DNA of 61,521 nt, the filler included, from Candidatus Babelota bacterium (lineage in GTDB: Bacteria; JAGOBX01), in the NCBI GenBank assembly GCA_017999075.1. It is 14 parts of 14 records of this genome, joined end to end, with 100 filler letters (N's around TTAATTAATTAA, not from the genome) between each part and the next. Parts side by side here need not be neighbours in the genome. Positions count along the whole stretch, not along the records: positions 21,123 to 24,518 come from JAGOBX010000455.1; positions 24,619 to 40,631 come from JAGOBX010000020.1; 12 more parts are not named here. One strand, written 5' to 3'. Of this stretch, positions 21,123-31,233 are shown piece after piece. How positions within the stretch are numbered: the stretch's first letter is position 1; each line of letters opens with the position of its first letter. The translations under genes and the position numbers were made by a program. The notes beneath the pieces are model-generated. The model was not told where the DNA came from. It saw only the letters and a program-made list of their open reading frames with translations, and did not search any database.

Positions 21123-22760
21123 GCACTAATTAAGGAAACATTATTGGCAATGAAAATTAGACCAACGACTGCAACGATAACAAGATTGCAATATAATGAC
21201 GAAAGAAAAATGTGTGCACATTTCAAGGATGGAAAAATTCAAAATTACAAATTAAGTAAAGATGAATTGCATAATTTAACTGTTGAAAACAAAATGAAAG
21301 AAAATGATATTTTAAATAATTTATTTTATGTACAACTCGAATTAGATAATGAACTTTTAAAAAATATTGACATTGCTGACACGCCAGGATTTAATTCAGG
21401 TGTTGCTCGTCATTCAGAAATAACAGCAGAATTTATTAAGCAATCGGATGTTATTTTTTGGATTTTTGACGCAACTAAAATGGGCAAAAAAACAGAATTT
21501 GAAACACTTCAAAAATATTGTCGTCAATTTAGACCGGTAATAATTGTTAATAGAGTTGATGAACTTTCAAATGAGGAGAATAAAAGGCCGGAGGAAATTT
21601 TGAAAAATGCTATTAATAAAATTGACGGATTTTATGATAAAATATTTTTTGTTTCGTCAAAAAAAGCGTTGGATAGTAATACTTACAGCGAAAGTAATAT
21701 ACAAATTGTTATTGATTTTTTTAACAAAGAAACCATTCCAAATTCGAATAAAACAAAATTTCAAATTACAACACTTAAAATTATTGAAAGAATTAATCAG
21801 ATATATAATGAATTGAATAAAGAACTTAATGGTTTAGAAATTGTATTGAATAGTTATAAAGAAAAAAATATACAATTGGATAAATTAATTGAATTATGGA
21901 ATAAATCAACTAATAATTGGATTTCATCTTTAGATAAAGAAGATAAGTTTTTATTAAAAAATTTATCTAATTATTTTTTAGTGTCCGGATTAGATAAAAA
22001 TTTTGAAGCTAAAGCCAAAGATTATGTTTATGAGATAGATTCATTGAAGCGTGATTTCGATAAAATTAATCGGTGGGGTAATAAAATTGTAAATGATGAG
22101 AATACATTGGATTTTTTTTTTAATAATTTACAAAACCAATATGAAACATATAGGAACAGATATTTTGGTATTAAGTCAATTTTAGATTCGATTTTGGGAG
22201 ATTTCACTAAAGAAAAAAAGAAAATAAATCGTAAAATTGATCAATATGAAAATATGCGTGCTTCATATAATGAAGATGTAGATAGTTATAATAATTTTTT
22301 AAATCTTACCAATAACAACGAAAAATTATTAACTACAACTATCAAAGAATTTTTGAATAAAACTATTTTGAAAAAAATTAATGAACAGAAAAGTGTTGTT
22401 GATAATTTTCAAAAAGAAATAAAAAAACAAGAATCGGAAATAAAAAAAATAATTAAAAAATATGAAATCAAACAAGCTGATATTTCAATAATAACAAAGG
22501 ATGTATATGCTGAAGTTAGAAAGATTATTGAAAATTGTAAAATATCTTTTTTTAGTAATAATATAATTAATGATTTTAATTCGCTTGTTCAGGAAGCTAA
22601 TCAGCATATTGACAAACAGAAGTCGACATTAAATTGGGAAAATATTTATACGAGAAAACAAATTGATAATATTATTAAGAAACAAAAAGAATCAGAAAGT
22701 ATGCAAAAAGGAAACTATCAATATGCTTCTAAAGAAAGCCGAACCAAAGCAAAACTGTAA
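21123..22760 (+). CDS. Dynamin-like GTPase with coiled-coil stalk (5' truncated)
   Basis: G2 PTTA, G3 DTPG, G4 NRVD, VSSK; long helical C-terminus; G1 lost at the contig edge. Confidence 0.85.
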   Translation, partial: ALIKETLLAMKIRPTTATITRLQYNDERKMCAHFKDGKIQNYKLSKDELHNLTVENKMKENDILNNLFYVQLELDNELLKNIDIADTPGFNSGVARHSEITAEFIKQSDVIFWIFDATKMGKKTEFETLQKYCRQFRPVIIVNRVDELSNEENKRPEEILKNAINKIDGFYDKIFFVSSKKALDSNTYSESNIQIVIDFFNKETIPNSNKTKFQITTLKIIERINQIYNELNKELNGLEIVLNSYKEKNIQLDKLIELWNKSTNNWISSLDKEDKFLLKNLSNYFLVSGLDKNFEAKAKDYVYEIDSLKRDFDKINRWGNKIVNDENTLDFFFNNLQNQYETYRNRYFGIKSILDSILGDFTKEKKKINRKIDQYENMRASYNEDVDSYNNFLNLTNNNEKLLTTTIKEFLNKTILKKINEQKSVVDNFQKEIKKQESEIKKIIKKYEIKQADISIITKDVYAEVRKIIENCKISFFSNNIINDFNSLVQEANQHIDKQKSTLNWENIYTRKQIDNIIKKQKESESMQKGNYQYASKESRTKAKL

Positions 22761-22770
22761 AATGCACCCC

Positions 22771-22875
22771 GTCTAACTTTTAAGGCGTAAACGATGTTGC
22801 GGGATAGCAGAAAAGTAGTATCTTTCTCCAACTGCGTTTTACGCCAAGATGAACGCAGCCGCGTCTGAACCCTAA
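22771..22875 (+). other. Possible integron attC site (left arm), interrupted by IS1380
   Basis: RYYYAAC box GTCTAAC 10 bp after the dynamin stop, followed by GC-richer palindromic DNA (GGCGTAAACG/CGTTTTACGCC; CTGCGTT/AACGCAG). No GTTRRRY before the IS end. Confidence 0.45.
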
Positions 22876-24518
22876 CCTGAATCTTTCACGATTAAAATAA
22901 AAAAACGAACCAACAATAATAAAAGACCATATCTAAAGCAAAAATTTTCAGTCAAAACAAGTAAGCAAAAAATGCACTCATTTAAAAAAAAAACATTAAA
23001 GTTTTTAGAAGAAAATGCCGAAATCATAAATATAAAAAATATATTTAAAGGCAGTGCGGAAAATGAAAAAAACAACTACGATAAAATTTAAAGGATTCAA
23101 AAAAAGAGAAGTTATGGCCGATTTCAATGGCGGGAAAATTACGAGTGATGCGGGTATGATATTGTTTCGAGAAGTTGAAAAAAAAAGTAAAATCATAAAA
23201 CGAATGAGCGAGTGTATTCAGGATACGCGGGAACAGAATAAAGTATTACATAGTATTGAAGAATTAATGAAACAACGCGTTTATGCAATAGCAGCGGGAT
23301 ATGAGGACGGAAACGACCATAAAGAATTTAGAAAAGACGAATTGTTTAAACTTTTATGCGAAAAAGAACCTGATGGCGAAGAATTATTATCAAGCCCTTC
23401 AACAATAAGCAGATTTGAAAATAGCGTGGTCAGAAAAGAATTATTTGAAATGAGTAAAATATTAGTGGATGATTTTATAGAGAGTTATAAAACAGCGCCC
23501 AAAGAAATAATATTAGATTTTGATGCAAGTGATAATCCGGTTCACGGAGAACAGGAGAATAGATTTTTTCATGGATATTATAATGAATATTGTTTCCTGC
23601 CGTTATTTGTATTCTGCGGAGAAAAATTACTTGTAAATTATTTGAGACCTGCGTGGTTCGGCGCGGCGCACCATACTTGGGCGATATTAAAATTATTAGT
23701 TCAGAGAATAAGGAAATCATGGCCTGCTGTAAAAATAATATTTCGCGGAGACGCCGGATTTTGCAGTCATCAGATGTTTGGTTGGTGTGAACGCCTTAAT
23801 ATTGAATATATCGTTGCAATAGGTAAAAACAAACGAATAGAAAAACTTGCGGAAAATATTATTGCCGAATCTGAATCAAAATACAAACAGACAAATGAAA
23901 AAGTTCGAGAATTCGGCGAAATAAAATATGCCGCTGAAAGTTGGAAAAAAGAACGCCGTGTAATAATCAAAGCCGAACGGCTTGATGATAAAATGAATGT
24001 AAGATGTATAGTGACAAATAATAAAGAATTATCAGCGCAGGAATTATACGATAAAGAATATATTCCTCGCGGAGATATGGAAAACAGAATAAAAGAACAT
24101 CAGCTTTTTCTTTTTTCGTTAAGAACAAGCTGTCATGAATTTGCGGCGAATATGTTTAGAGTTATGCTGTCTTCAATAGCATATGTGCTGTTTGAAAAAT
24201 TCCGCAGTATCGCACTGAAAAATACGGAATACGCAAAAGCGCAATGTTCTACCATAAGAACCAAATTTATAAAAATAGCTGCATTGATAGTTTCAAACAG
24301 CAGAAAAATAATGTTTAAAATAGCAAGTCATTTCCCTTATCAAGAATTATTCAGACAAATTTGCGTTAATTTGAATTGAACAATAAAATAATTTATCTTT
24401 AATCAAATCATTGATATTTTCTTAAATCCTGAGATATGGAAAAGTCTGCGCAAAACTATAATTTTTCGGTTTTTATAAATTCATTTTTTGCATTAATACG
24501 AATATTTTTTTTGATTTG
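22876..24518 (+). mobile_element. IS1380-family insertion sequence (right end beyond the contig)
   Basis: Left end CCTGAATCTTTCAC.. (IS1380-like CCTGAA start) upstream of the transposase. Confidence 0.8.
23063..24379 (+). CDS. IS1380-family DDE transposase
   Basis: DFNGGKITSDAG, GYEDGND, LDFDASD..HGEQE..FHGYY, RGDAGF, Y..RG.MENRIKE. Confidence 0.95.
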   Translation: MKKTTTIKFKGFKKREVMADFNGGKITSDAGMILFREVEKKSKIIKRMSECIQDTREQNKVLHSIEELMKQRVYAIAAGYEDGNDHKEFRKDELFKLLCEKEPDGEELLSSPSTISRFENSVVRKELFEMSKILVDDFIESYKTAPKEIILDFDASDNPVHGEQENRFFHGYYNEYCFLPLFVFCGEKLLVNYLRPAWFGAAHHTWAILKLLVQRIRKSWPAVKIIFRGDAGFCSHQMFGWCERLNIEYIVAIGKNKRIEKLAENIIAESESKYKQTNEKVREFGEIKYAAESWKKERRVIIKAERLDDKMNVRCIVTNNKELSAQELYDKEYIPRGDMENRIKEHQLFLFSLRTSCHEFAANMFRVMLSSIAYVLFEKFRSIALKNTEYAKAQCSTIRTKFIKIAALIVSNSRKIMFKIASHFPYQELFRQICVNLN

Positions 24519-24635
24519 NNNNNNNNNNNNNNNNNNNNNNNNNNNNNNNNNNNNNNNNNNNNTTAATTAATTAANNNNNNNNNNNNNNNNNNNNNNNNNN
24601 NNNNNNNNNNNNNNNNNNTATAAGCAGAGGAAAAT

Positions 24636-25841
24636 ATGAAAGCATTATTATTGACGAATGAATATCCTCCCTATATTTATGGAGGGGCAGGAGTCCACGT
24701 TGAATATTTAAGCAGAGAATTGGCAAAATTGATAGAAGTTGAAGTTAGATGTTTTGGAGACCAGAAATTTAAAGATAAATCTTTAAGCGCTAAAGGATAT
24801 TTATACGATAAAACTCTGTTTAGAAATTGTCCGAAATTATTGGAATCACCATTGTCTGCAGTTATGCGATGCCTTAATTTCAACAGCGAAAATATTGACG
24901 CTGATATTGTGCATTGTCATACATGGTATACTCATTTCGGCGGAATACTTGCTAAAAAGAATTATGGAATTCCTCTGGTTATTACAACTCATTCTCTTGA
25001 ACCTTTAAGGCCGTGGAAACGTGAGCAATTGGGATTGGGTTATGATTTTTCATGCTGGGTTGAAAAAACAGCGCTTGAAATGGCAGATGCCATTATTTCT
25101 GTTTCAAAAGAAACAACGGCTGATATTTTAAAATATTTTAATGTCAAACCTGAAAATATTAAAATGATTCCTAACGGTATTGACACAGACGAATATAAAA
25201 AAACTGCGGACAGGAATTGTTTCTCGAAATTTGGAATTGATCCGGAACAGCCATATGTTCTGTTTGTAGGCAGGATTACAAGACAAAAAGGAATAATTCA
25301 TCTGGTAAATGCAATAAAATATTTGATGCCGGAAATACAGGTTGTATTGTGCGCGGGCATGCCTGATACTCCAGAAATAGGAGTTGAAATGGAACAGGCT
25401 GTAGCTGAAATAAAAAAAATGCGTAAAAATATCGTATGGATAATGGAAATGGTTGATAATAAAACCAAAATAGAATTGTATTCAAATGCTGCAGTATTCT
25501 GCTGTCCTTCGATTTATGAACCTTTTGGAATTATTAATCTTGAAGCAATGGCTTGTGAAACTCCTGTTGTAGCAAGTTCTGTCGGAGGAATGAAAGAAGT
25601 AGTTATGCATAACGAAACCGGATTGCTTGTTGAACTTGACCAGCTTGACGTTGCGCCTTTTGAACCGAAAGTTCCTGACAAGTTTTCCAAATCTCTTGCT
25701 GAAAACATAAATAAATTGTTTGTAAATCCGGAATTGAGAAAAAAAATGGGAATGGCAGGTAGAAAAAGAGTTGTGGAGAATTACAGCTGGACATCTGTAG
25801 CAGAAAAAATTGTTAAATTATATAAGTCATTAATTTTATGA
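24636..25841 (+). CDS. glgM: GT4 glycosyltransferase, GlgM-type (maltose-1-phosphate synthase)
   Basis: LTNEYPPYIYGGAGVHV, HCHTWY, HSLEPLRPWKREQLG.GY, YEPFGIINLEAMAC; same cluster as glgE. Confidence 0.85.
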   Translation: MKALLLTNEYPPYIYGGAGVHVEYLSRELAKLIEVEVRCFGDQKFKDKSLSAKGYLYDKTLFRNCPKLLESPLSAVMRCLNFNSENIDADIVHCHTWYTHFGGILAKKNYGIPLVITTHSLEPLRPWKREQLGLGYDFSCWVEKTALEMADAIISVSKETTADILKYFNVKPENIKMIPNGIDTDEYKKTADRNCFSKFGIDPEQPYVLFVGRITRQKGIIHLVNAIKYLMPEIQVVLCAGMPDTPEIGVEMEQAVAEIKKMRKNIVWIMEMVDNKTKIELYSNAAVFCCPSIYEPFGIINLEAMACETPVVASSVGGMKEVVMHNETGLLVELDQLDVAPFEPKVPDKFSKSLAENINKLFVNPELRKKMGMAGRKRVVENYSWTSVAEKIVKLYKSLIL

Positions 25842-25920
25842 AACCATAAAATATAGAATAAAGGTTTGCTATAAATAACTTTTGATAAAATTTGGTTTTA
25901 TTTTATCGGGAATCTTTTTT

Positions 25921-27831
25921 ATGCCGAAAAATGAATTCAGCTCAATTGAAGAAAAATATAATTTGATTATAAATAATATTTCTGATTATATTTATATTGT
26001 CGACCGTAATTTTAAAGTTTTGGAGATAAATGATTCTGCTGCTGCGTTATGGGGGAAAAAACGCTGTACAATAATAAATAAAAGTTTAGACGAGTTATTT
26101 CCTCCTGAAATTTCTTCAAGATATAAATCAACTTTAACCGGTATTTTTAAAAATGGCGAACCTGTATTCACCGAATCTAAGATGATTGTCTGCGGCAGGG
26201 AATATCATATAGATGCGCATTTAAACCCTATAAAAAATAATAAAGGAGAAATAATTGGAGTTATAGGCGTTTCCCGTGATTATACCAAACAAAAATTGTT
26301 TGAAATTCAACTTAAAGAAAGTGAATATAAGTACAGATCATTAATTGAAACCACGAACACAGGTTTTCTTATATTGGATAATTACGGAAATGTTATAGAC
26401 GCTAATCAGGAATACGTCAGGCTTACAGGGTATAAAAAATTAGATGATATTAAAGGCAGAAATGTTATAGAATGGACTGCTGATTATGATGTTGAACGAA
26501 ATAATCAGGAAGTTATAAAATGTTTGAAAAATGGCTATGTTAAAGATCTGCGGATAGATTATGTTGATGAAAAAGGAATTATTACAAGTGTTGAGATAAA
26601 CGCAAAAGTAATCAGAACTGATAAATCATTAAGAATTTTATCGTTATGCAGAGATATAACGGATCGTAAAGAGTTAGAAAAAAAAATAATAACTTCTGAA
26701 AAGTTATCAGCCATAGGTAAACTTACAGCCGGAGTAGCGCATGAATTTAATAATATTATGGCTATTATACAGGGGAATGCTCAAATAATAGAACATATAG
26801 TAAAACAAAAGAAAACCAAAGAAATAATTGATTGCGCCGGTAAAATATCATATGCGGTTGATAGGGGAAAATCAATTGTAACCAATATGATGGCATTTGC
26901 AAAACCAATCGAACCTCAGAAAGATTTTTACAGTTTATGCGATATTTTTGATGAAATAATTAGTATGCAAAAGAAACAGTTGAAAAGTGAAAATATAAAA
27001 ATTGAACATAAAAGATTATGCAGAAATAAGAAAAAAGGAATGAAAATATATGCTGATAAAGGGCAAATAGAACAAGTATTGATTAATATCCTTATAAATG
27101 CGAGACAGGCAATAAAACCTAAAGGAGCCGGGACTATAAGAACGTTCTGCTTTAGAGAAAACGGTAAAATTATTTTTAATATCCAGGATGACGGAATAGG
27201 AATATCAGAAGATAAGATTAAATATATTTTTGAACCTTTTTTTACGACTAAAGGAGCTTATTCAAAAGATAATTTCGGAATAAAAGGAACAGGATTGGGA
27301 TTAAGCATTTGTCATACTATAATAAAAAATCATGGAGGAAATATTGAAGTAGAAAGCGAAGAAGGAAAGGGGACTTTGTTTAAGATAATTTTGCCTGAAG
27401 AATATTCCGAATTAAAAATAAAAAAATCGGGAAACGTTATTGAGGATCCGGAGACAGAAAATAAATTAAAGTTAAAAGTGCTGTTAGTAGATGACGAAAC
27501 CGATTTATTGAAATGTTTAAAAAATATATTGGAATTATTGAATTGTTCTGTTGATACTGCTGTTTTGGGAAGCGAAGGAATAAAATTGGCAACAACAAAA
27601 AAATATGATTTGATTTTTTTAGATATTCTTATACCTGATATTTCAGGAGAAACCATATTTCAAAAAATCAGGGAATTTGACGGCAAAGTGCCTATAGTAT
27701 TTATTTCCGGGCATATAGGAGCCGAATTAAAAAGATTAAAAAAACTCGGATTATATTTATTTATTCAGAAACCGTTTTCAATTTCAGATATAAAAAAAAT
27801 ATTGAACAGCGTGTATTATAATAAAATATAA
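25921..27831 (+). CDS. Hybrid histidine kinase PAS-PAS-HisKA-HATPase-REC
   Basis: Two PAS domains, AHEFNN H-box, N/G1/F/G2 boxes, C-terminal receiver (VDDE, FLD, KP). Confidence 0.93.
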   Translation: MPKNEFSSIEEKYNLIINNISDYIYIVDRNFKVLEINDSAAALWGKKRCTIINKSLDELFPPEISSRYKSTLTGIFKNGEPVFTESKMIVCGREYHIDAHLNPIKNNKGEIIGVIGVSRDYTKQKLFEIQLKESEYKYRSLIETTNTGFLILDNYGNVIDANQEYVRLTGYKKLDDIKGRNVIEWTADYDVERNNQEVIKCLKNGYVKDLRIDYVDEKGIITSVEINAKVIRTDKSLRILSLCRDITDRKELEKKIITSEKLSAIGKLTAGVAHEFNNIMAIIQGNAQIIEHIVKQKKTKEIIDCAGKISYAVDRGKSIVTNMMAFAKPIEPQKDFYSLCDIFDEIISMQKKQLKSENIKIEHKRLCRNKKKGMKIYADKGQIEQVLINILINARQAIKPKGAGTIRTFCFRENGKIIFNIQDDGIGISEDKIKYIFEPFFTTKGAYSKDNFGIKGTGLGLSICHTIIKNHGGNIEVESEEGKGTLFKIILPEEYSELKIKKSGNVIEDPETENKLKLKVLLVDDETDLLKCLKNILELLNCSVDTAVLGSEGIKLATTKKYDLIFLDILIPDISGETIFQKIREFDGKVPIVFISGHIGAELKRLKKLGLYLFIQKPFSISDIKKILNSVYYNKI

Positions 27832-27958
27832 TATAATATAAACAAGATTAATATTGCCGGAATTAAATATTGTATTAATAGTATAGTAAAAAGAGTGAAA
27901 TTATTTTTTAAAGTTTTTATATTTTTATGAACATTTTTATTTACGGAGAGAAAAAAAT

Positions 27959-29701
27959 ATGAAAAAATTAAGCGTTATGATTGAAAATGTTTATCCGGAA
28001 CTTGACGGAGGAAAATATGCTGTAAAACGGGAAATAGGAGATTGGTTTGAAGTAACAGCTGATATTTTCCAGGAGGGACACGAATCCTCTGAAGCAGTAT
28101 TGAAATACCGTAAAAAAGGCGAAAAAAAATGGAATGAAACCAGAATGAAATTTATTGATAATGATTTATGGCGGGGAAGTTTTGAACTTACTGAAAACGG
28201 GAAATATGAATATACAATCTCAGCGTGGCCTGAAAAAAATAAAAATATTGTAACGGATTACGATAAAATACTTGAAGTTAAAGTCGATCCTGTTATATCC
28301 AGATATGCTTCTTGGTACGGAATGTGGCCTCGCTCTCAGGGTACAATTCCGAATCAAAGCGCGACTTTTAAAGATATGGAAAACCGTTTGAAAGAAATAA
28401 GCTGGATGGGATTTGACGTAGTTTATCTTACTCCGATTCATCCGATAGGGAAAACCCATAGGAAAGGAGCGAATAATTCACTGGCGGCGAAACCTGGAGA
28501 ACCAGGTTGTCCTTATGCGATAGGTAATGAATCAGGAGGTCATTGCGCAATTGAACCTGGACTCGGAACCATAGACGATTTTAAACATTTTGTGGCAGAA
28601 GCAAAAAAATACAATATGGAAGTTGCATTGGATATTGCGCACACGTGTTCGCCGGATCATCCTTATGCGAAAAATCATCCTGACTGGTTTTACAGGGAAC
28701 CTGACGGAAAAATAAAATGTGCGGAAAATCCTCCGAAAAAATACGAAGATATTTATCCGTTCAATTTTTTTTGTGAAGATTGGGAAAATTTATGGAAAGA
28801 ATTAAAACATATTTTTGAATTCTGGATAAAACTGGGAGTTAAAATTTTCAGGATAGACAATCCTCATACCAAACCTTTTACATTCTGGCATTGGATCATA
28901 AATGAAGTTCAGAATGATTATCCTGAAGCTGTTTTTTTATCAGAAGCTTTCACAAGACCGAAAGTTATGAAATCATTATGCAAATGCGGATTCACCCAGA
29001 CATACACTTATTTTACATGGAGGAATTTTAAACAGGAAATCATAGATTATTTTACTGAAATCACAAAACCTCCTGTTTCAGAATATCTTCGAGGAAATTT
29101 ATTTACAAATACACCTGATATTTTACCTGAAATACTGCAATACGGCGGAAGACCAGCGTTTAAAATGCGGGCTGCTCTTGCTACAACTCTGTCATCGTTG
29201 TGGGGATTGTATAATGGGTTTGAATTATGTGAAAATAAAGCAGTTCCCGGCAAAGAAGAATATATGGATTCTGAAAAATATCAGTATAAAGTATGGGATT
29301 GGGATAGACCTGGAAACATAAAAGAATATATTAGAAAATTGAATTTTATACGAAAAGAAAATCCTGCTTTGCAATATTATAAAAATTTAAAGTTTTACCG
29401 GTCAGACAATGACAATGTTGTTTTTTACGGTAAAATGTCGCCTGATAAAAAAAATATTATATTTACAGCTGTAAATCTTGATCCGTATCATTCTCATGAA
29501 ACAGGTTTATTTATTCCTATTTTTGATTTAGGAATAAAACCGGATCAGACTTTTATATTGCATAATTTGATTACAGACGAACGCACTATGACCCGCGGAG
29601 AATATTTTAAAATAAAACTTGAACCGAATAACGAGCCTGCAGTGATATTTAAATTGGAACGCTGGGCAACCCGCGAAAACAATTTTGATTATTATTTATA
29701 A
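27959..29701 (+). CDS. glgE: Alpha-1,4-glucan:maltose-1-phosphate maltosyltransferase (short form)
   Basis: ENPPKKYEDIYP, FRIDNPHTKP (nucleophile), FLSEAFTRP (acid/base), NTPDIL. Confidence 0.95.
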   Translation: MKKLSVMIENVYPELDGGKYAVKREIGDWFEVTADIFQEGHESSEAVLKYRKKGEKKWNETRMKFIDNDLWRGSFELTENGKYEYTISAWPEKNKNIVTDYDKILEVKVDPVISRYASWYGMWPRSQGTIPNQSATFKDMENRLKEISWMGFDVVYLTPIHPIGKTHRKGANNSLAAKPGEPGCPYAIGNESGGHCAIEPGLGTIDDFKHFVAEAKKYNMEVALDIAHTCSPDHPYAKNHPDWFYREPDGKIKCAENPPKKYEDIYPFNFFCEDWENLWKELKHIFEFWIKLGVKIFRIDNPHTKPFTFWHWIINEVQNDYPEAVFLSEAFTRPKVMKSLCKCGFTQTYTYFTWRNFKQEIIDYFTEITKPPVSEYLRGNLFTNTPDILPEILQYGGRPAFKMRAALATTLSSLWGLYNGFELCENKAVPGKEEYMDSEKYQYKVWDWDRPGNIKEYIRKLNFIRKENPALQYYKNLKFYRSDNDNVVFYGKMSPDKKNIIFTAVNLDPYHSHETGLFIPIFDLGIKPDQTFILHNLITDERTMTRGEYFKIKLEPNNEPAVIFKLERWATRENNFDYYL

Positions 29702-29735
29702 ATTATAAACAAATTTTTTTGGAAAGTTGATAAAA

Positions 29736-31181
29736 ATGAAAATAGCTTTTTTTACATCAGAAGTTTACCCGTTTTCAAAAACCGGAGGATTGGCAGATGT
29801 TTCTCAGGGGCTGCCGAAAGCCTTTAAAAAAAAAGGAGAAGATATAAGAATATTTACTCCGTATTATGAATGCTGCGAAAAATTCAATCCATCGCTGATT
29901 CCTGATTCAAAGATTTTTGTGAGGATAGGCGATGCTGATATTGAAGCTTATTTATACGAATCACGGCTTCCTAACAGCGATGTCCCTGTATATTTTATAG
30001 GCAATAAAAATCTTTTTTTCAGAGAAACACTATACAGCAGGAATAATGTTGATTACGAAGATAATTTTTTAAGATTTGTTTTATTTCAGCGCGCTTCAAT
30101 AGAATATTTGAAAAAAACAAATTTTTATCCTGATATTATTCATTCAAATGATTGGCCTTCGGCATTGACGTCAGTATATTTAAAGACGATTTACGCACTT
30201 TCATTTCCTTTAACCAAAACAGTTTTCACCATTCATAATATAGGATATCAGGGATTATATTGGGTATGGGATATGAAACTTACAGGATTGCCGTTTGAAT
30301 TGTTCAACTGGCGTCAGCTTGAATATTATGGAAAACTTAACTTATTGAAAGCAGGAATAGTGTTTTCTGATGCTGTAACGACTGTAAGTCCGACATACAG
30401 CAGGGAAATAATGTCTGCGCAATATGCATACGGACTTCAATCCGTGCTTGAAGAACATAAAAATAAAGTTTTTGGAATTATCAACGGAGTGGATTATGAT
30501 GAATGGGCACCTGAATCCGATGGATTTATATCGTATAAATATGACAGAACAAATTTAGAAAATAAATATAAAAATAAAAATGTTTTACTTGAAATGTGCG
30601 GTTTTTCGTGTAATGACGAACCTGTATTCGGAATGATCAGCAGGCTGGTTGAACAAAAAGGATTAAAATTTATAATTGACAACATTGATAAGCTGATGGA
30701 AAAAAAAATGAAAATAATAATACTCGGAACAGGAGATAAAGGCATTGAATCAAAGCTTGAAGCTATCAATGAAAAATATCCGGGGAAGTTCCGGGCTTTT
30801 ATAAAATTCAGTTCTGCATTATCGCATTTGATTGAAGCAGGATCAGATTTATACATGATGCCATCGCTTTTTGAACCTTGCGGGCTGAATCAATTATACA
30901 GTTTAAGATACGGGACAATACCGCTTGCAAGAAGAACAGGAGGATTGGCTGATACGATAACCGATTGTAATCCTTCAAATATTATGAATGGAGAAGGAAC
31001 TGGATTTTTATTCAATAATATTGACAATTCAGAATTTATAAATAAAATTAATTATGCGCTGACCATATTTGAAAATAAAAAGTTATGGAATATGCTGATA
31101 CAGAATGCTATGTCGCGCGACTGGTCATGGAATGTGAGCGCTGATAAATATATTGAATTATATAATTCATTGCTGAAATAA
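29736..31181 (+). CDS. glgA: ADP-glucose glycogen synthase (GT5)
   Basis: KTGGLADV, HSNDW, TIHNIGYQG, SRLVEQKG, FEPCGLNQ. Confidence 0.96.
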   Translation: MKIAFFTSEVYPFSKTGGLADVSQGLPKAFKKKGEDIRIFTPYYECCEKFNPSLIPDSKIFVRIGDADIEAYLYESRLPNSDVPVYFIGNKNLFFRETLYSRNNVDYEDNFLRFVLFQRASIEYLKKTNFYPDIIHSNDWPSALTSVYLKTIYALSFPLTKTVFTIHNIGYQGLYWVWDMKLTGLPFELFNWRQLEYYGKLNLLKAGIVFSDAVTTVSPTYSREIMSAQYAYGLQSVLEEHKNKVFGIINGVDYDEWAPESDGFISYKYDRTNLENKYKNKNVLLEMCGFSCNDEPVFGMISRLVEQKGLKFIIDNIDKLMEKKMKIIILGTGDKGIESKLEAINEKYPGKFRAFIKFSSALSHLIEAGSDLYMMPSLFEPCGLNQLYSLRYGTIPLARRTGGLADTITDCNPSNIMNGEGTGFLFNNIDNSEFINKINYALTIFENKKLWNMLIQNAMSRDWSWNVSADKYIELYNSLLK

Positions 31182-31233
31182 ATTTGTGCGCTGAAAGCTG
31201 GTTTTATAAAATTTATTTTTTAAAGGATTTTTA

